Under the pieces are notes generated by a model, which worked only from the letters and a program-made list of their open reading frames with translations, was not told where the DNA came from and ran no database searches. The position numbers were made by a program, and so were the translations under genes. This document shows, piece by piece, positions 58,931 through 64,000 of a stretch of DNA of 64,000 nt (the stretch's first letter is position 1; each line of letters starts with the position of its first letter). The stretch comes from Neocallimastix sp. 'constans' (Eukaryota): assembly GCA_050613775.1 (NCBI GenBank), contig JBODTK010000129.1:372001-436000 (forward strand), written 5' to 3'.

Positions 58931-60584
58931 TATATTAAATAAATATAGATATAGATATCAATTAAAAATATTACTTATCAAAAGTCATTCATTAATTATA
59001 TATAAAAATATAAATATATAATTTAAGGGTTTAAATTTATATTAATAAGATTAATAAGTTTTTTTTTTTTTTTGAAAAAGTTAATTTTTTTTTAATTAAA
59101 ATATATTATTATCATTGTTTTTATATGTATATATAAAGATAATTGAATAATGCAATTCATTTTCTTTAAAAGAAAATTTATTATTTATTTATTTATTTTT
59201 AGTTAAAAATTTAAAAAGTTATTATTATTATGCTAATATCAATTTATTTATAGTTAATCTTATCAATATTTTAATGTATATTGTATTGGTATATTAATAG
59301 CAAAAAAAAATATTATTAGAATCATCATTAATTAGTAACTGGAACTTATTAAGAATATTCAAATATATGTATATATAAATTTTTATTTATAAATAAAATA
59401 AAATAATAATAAAAAATTATTTTTCTAATAATTATTTAATAATTTAGTTATTAAAGAAAAAGTAATTTTTTTTTATTGTTATAATATATTATTTATATAT
59501 AAATATGAATTTTTATTTTATTTTATATTTTACATAAAGAAATACTTAATAAAAATAACAATAACAATAAAAATTTATTTATTTTATTATTATTTTTATT
59601 ATTTTTTTTTTTTAAAAAAAAAAAAGCAATTTATTAGAAAAGAAATAATGAAACTATTAAATAATTATTTAAATTTCATTAAAAATATTAAAATTGTTAG
59701 ATTTAAAAAAAATTATTAATAAAAATTATAATTTATTTTAAGGATTATAAATATAAAATTAAACATAATGAAATTTAAATTATATATAGTACCGTGTAAC
59801 TCTATTTATGTATGGTTTGTCAATAGATTTAGTCAATTAACCTCTTACTATAGCAATAATTATAAAAATTTTGTCTTACTTATCATGGGTAATATCATCT
59901 ATGATATTATATATATGTTATTGATAAGCTTAATTTTTTCATTTGAAAGAAAAAAATGAAGATATTTATTAATATATATTAAAAAAAATTACCTTAAATG
60001 ATAATTGATCTCTATATATAATTATAATTATGTAATAATTGATTATTGAAAATAATTATAAAATAACTTTATATAATTTTTAAAAGAAATACTAAAATTA
60101 AAAAAATATATATATATATATATATTAATATATTAATATATAAGTATTTTATATGAAAATAATAAATTCATTATTAGTCTTTATTTATATTATAATTTAT
60201 AGTATTGAATCATTTCTCGATGTTTTGATATAAAAATTTTTTTTATAAAAAGATTAAACTATTTTTTTTTTTTTTTTTTGCTTATGAAAAATATATTAAT
60301 TAAAGGACTATATATTGAAAATAATTAATGATTAATGAAAATATTTTTTTTTATTAAAAATGATCAATTTATTAAAATAACAATGAATATATTGTTTTTT
60401 TAATAATTAATGCTAATAAATTTGAAATATGCTCAAATAATATTTCAAATTGATAATAATAATATTTATAAATAAATATATATATATATATAAAGGATAA
60501 CACATAATATTTATATATGAATATTTTAAAGATGTTAAAATTAATAACTATTAATATTAATATTAAATAATTATATATATATAT

Positions 60585-60596
60585 ATTGATAACGTT
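60585..60596 (+). promoter_or_regulatory. Shared upstream motif ATTGATAACGTT (GATA-type core)
   Basis: Identical to 56809-56820; a second TTTGATAA follows within ~35 bp in both promoters. Confidence 0.4.
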
Positions 60597-60772
60597 TAAT
60601 GAAAAATTGGAATTTTTGATAAGAATTTTGTTTAAAGAAAGGATAATATATGATTTTAATATAGTAATTCAATATAAATATTTACATTGCTAATATATGT
60701 AATTAAATATAAATAAATTAATTTTATTTTAATAAAATTATATAAATACAAAGAAAATTTTCTGTAAAAAAA

Positions 60773-60827
<55 letters not shown>

Positions 60828-61144
60828 ATATAATAATAAATAAAATAAAAATTAATTGTAAACATTTATTGTTATTAAACTAAATTATATATACCTATTT
60901 TATTTTAATTTACTTTGTTTTTTATTTAATTTTTTTTTTTTTTTTATAATTTATAGAAAAATTTTATTAAAATATTTTTAAAAAAATTTACTTGATTAAA
61001 AATTTTATTAATTTTTTTTTAAAAAAAAAAAAAAATTAACTTGATTAAAAAAATTGTATTAATCTTCTATTCATAATTTTTCTTTTTGTTCTCTCAGTAA
61101 TAATAATAATAATTATAATAATATATTTATTAAATATATTAAAA

Positions 61145-61534
61145 ATGTCTAGTAGTACTACTCGTCAATACCGTCATGCTATTCCAACCATGATGCGTCT
61201 TAAAAGAGAACCTTCTTGTAAAAATATGGTTTTTAAACCACAGACTCCATTTCCAAATGCTGAATTGGTTCTTAAAAAGATGAAGAGTGAAGGTAATTTG
61301 AATCCTAGTGCTCAAGATCTTGCTAATGCTTTATTCACTGAAAGTAATAAATGGTTAAAAGCGAATGGCTATAAAGAATTTATTCCAAGTCAAAATCTTG
61401 GATGGACTTTAAAAGATGGGGTAGTTTCTCGTCCTGGAGCTAAAGTTCATTTTGATGCTAAATCCATTTCAAGACAACAATCCTCACAAAGAATTTTAAC
61501 TGAAACCATTAAACATAATAGTGTCCAAATATAA
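61145..61534 (+). CDS. Conserved small basic protein of unknown function, paralog B (129 aa)
   Basis: Shares YRHAIPTMMRLKREPSCKNMVFKPQTPFPNAE, KWLKANG and EFIPSQNLGWTLKDGV with paralog A. Confidence 0.9.
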   Translation: MSSSTTRQYRHAIPTMMRLKREPSCKNMVFKPQTPFPNAELVLKKMKSEGNLNPSAQDLANALFTESNKWLKANGYKEFIPSQNLGWTLKDGVVSRPGAKVHFDAKSISRQQSSQRILTETIKHNSVQI

Positions 61535-61837
61535 ATTTAAGAAATATTAATAAAATGAAAAGAAAAGAAAATAAAAAAAAAATATCTATATATATATTAT
61601 AATTATATATGTATATATATATCTTAATTTAAAATTAAAAATTACTTATTTATATACTAGAATATATGTATTTAATACCCTTTTTTTTCTTTTCATTTTA
61701 TTATTAATATCCATTAAATTAATATGATTTATGATTTATACCCTTCTTTTTATTTCTTTTTCTTTTTTTTATAATGATTTAAGAATCTTTTTTTTTTTTT
61801 TATTTTATTTCATATACAATTGTAAAGTGTTGAATTA

Positions 61838-61871
<34 letters not shown>

Positions 61872-62284
61872 ATATTGTTCTATATATCAGTTTAAGACAG
61901 AGAAATCAAAAAAAATTTTTAAAAATAATTAAAAAGATCATTATTTTGTGAAAAGATATTGTATAAATTAAAAGTTTTGAAATTCAATAATAAAAAAAAA
62001 AAAAAAAACTTTTAATATAATATTTGTATCAACCCTTTCTATATTATAATAATATTAATAAAATTAATTGAATACTAAAATAATTTAAATTTGTTTTTTC
62101 AAAAAATTAACAGAAAAAAAAAAAAAATTTATTTATTATTATTAAAATTTAAATTTAAATTATTTCCTTATATGGTAATTAACATATCTTTTTTTAAATA
62201 AAAAAAAAAACATAAAAATTAATCATAAAAAATTAATTTATTATATTTATAAATTTATTAAAAAAAGAAATTTTAAATAAAACT

Positions 62285-62549
<265 letters not shown>

Positions 62550-63265
62550 TAATCATAAATTATAATATAATTATATATATTCATTTTATTTATTTTTTTA
62601 TTATTACAAAAATTTTCATTTTTATTCATTATTAGTTATTTTTAATTTAAAATAAAAAAAAATCTCCAATTGATTTACTATAAATAATTTATGTAAATTA
62701 TTACAAATAACATTTTATCAAACCAACATTTTTTATATAATATATATTATATATGATTACTAAATACTTAAATTTTTTTTTTTTAAAAAAATAAATAAAA
62801 CAGCTGAATTGTTATTCTTTTAATAATAAATAATAATTTTCATAATATTAATGATATATAAATAGTATTAATATAAGAATTAAATCAATTATTTGCTTTG
62901 TTTGTTTATATAATTATATTATTAAATCAACCAAGAATTTAAATATAATCTTTTTAATTATAGAAAGTTTTTATTAGTTATATTTCTAGTAAACAATTAA
63001 TAATATTATAATTATTAATAAATATATATATATATATATAAATACATTGTTTTATATAATTAAAAAAATTATATTAAACAATTATTATTATTAATATATA
63101 TTTATATCTTATTATATTTGTTTTTCAAGTTTCAGAGATAAATATATCAAATGTCAAATTTTAATATAGTATTTGAAATATACACTTAGTAAATTATATA
63201 AACTAATTATAATTTAGTTTATATAATTTAATGAAATTTATTAGTATATAAGATGACTATATAAG

Positions 63266-63305
<40 letters not shown>

Positions 63306-63565
63306 GTGGATTATTATTTATAATTATAAATTATGGATATAAATTTATTTCTTTGATATAATTATATATATTATTTTCATATTATTTAAAAAAAAAAGTA
63401 TTTAATCTCTCATTGCTAATGATGAATATAAATAACTTTACTATATTTGAATATTATTTGTGAAATAATAAATACATTTAATATTAAAAAATAAATAATA
63501 TGTAGTACAAATATCAATGTAAAATGTATTTATTTAGTAATTATTAATATTTTATTATAAACCAG

Positions 63566-63608
<43 letters not shown>

Positions 63609-63790
63609 TCTTTTCTATTTTTTAATTGATTTTTGAAGTTTTATATAAAAAATTTACATTGTTTAATGTAGATATATTATTTTAATATTTATTAATAAAA
63701 TTATTATTTCATAAACCCAATTGTTTAATTGAGTTTTGTACGTTCGAGTGTTTGTTTTCTTTATTTTTATATATTAATAAATTAAATTTT

Positions 63791-64000
63791 AACAGATTAA
63801 GAGTCTCATTGACTCATTATAATTTTACTTCGTTGAAAAATCATTCAATTTCAATTTTTAAATAAGTAAATAAAAAAAAAAAAAAAATTAAAATATTTAA
63901 AATTCAAAATGAGTAAAAATACTTTAAAACGATCAACAGAAAATGCTACTTCTAGTACCATTACTACTATGGATAACAATATTCCTCAAATCAAAAGATT
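63791..64000 (+). mobile_element. 5' end of a probable Ty1/copia element (LTR end, PBS, start of putative gag ORF); continues beyond the window
   Basis: AACA (63791-63794), perfect PBS GATTAAGAGTCTCA (63795-63808), then ATG at 63909 opening MSKNTLKRSTENATSSTITTMDNNIPQIKR.. to the window end. The LTR start could not be located. Confidence 0.65.

Noticed and set aside
63795..63815. PBS motif read as a minus-strand tRNA-Lys gene
   Set aside because: Only the anticodon-arm segment matches. D-arm, T-arm and acceptor stem are absent at all four sites, and the position after LTR ends supports a PBS.

Overview
Extremely AT-rich eukaryotic DNA with short GT-AG introns and long (AAT)n, (AAAT)n and homopolymer tracts. 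Composition and gene style fit an anaerobic gut fungus (Neocallimastigomycota); this is an inference. Genes supported by sequence: a partial multi-exon secreted beta-helix/PMP-repeat-like protein, an intronless M36 fungalysin, a 4-exon RlmN-type radical-SAM RNA methyltransferase lying head-to-head with S-adenosylhomocysteine hydrolase, a 3-exon DDA1-like gene missed by the ORF track, three tandem 3-exon glycosyltransferase-like type II membrane proteins, and two paralogous ~130-aa genes of unknown function. Mobile DNA is abundant: five Ty1/copia relics, a LINE relic, a non-autonomous Mutator element with a 9-bp TSD and a disrupted MULE transposase. The most striking signal is that four copia-type elements with different LTR ends share the primer-binding site GATTAAGAGTCTCA. 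It is the reverse complement of the tRNA-Lys(CUU) anticodon arm, implying priming by a tRNA-Lys 5' half. Most other ORFs in the track are microsatellite artefacts.
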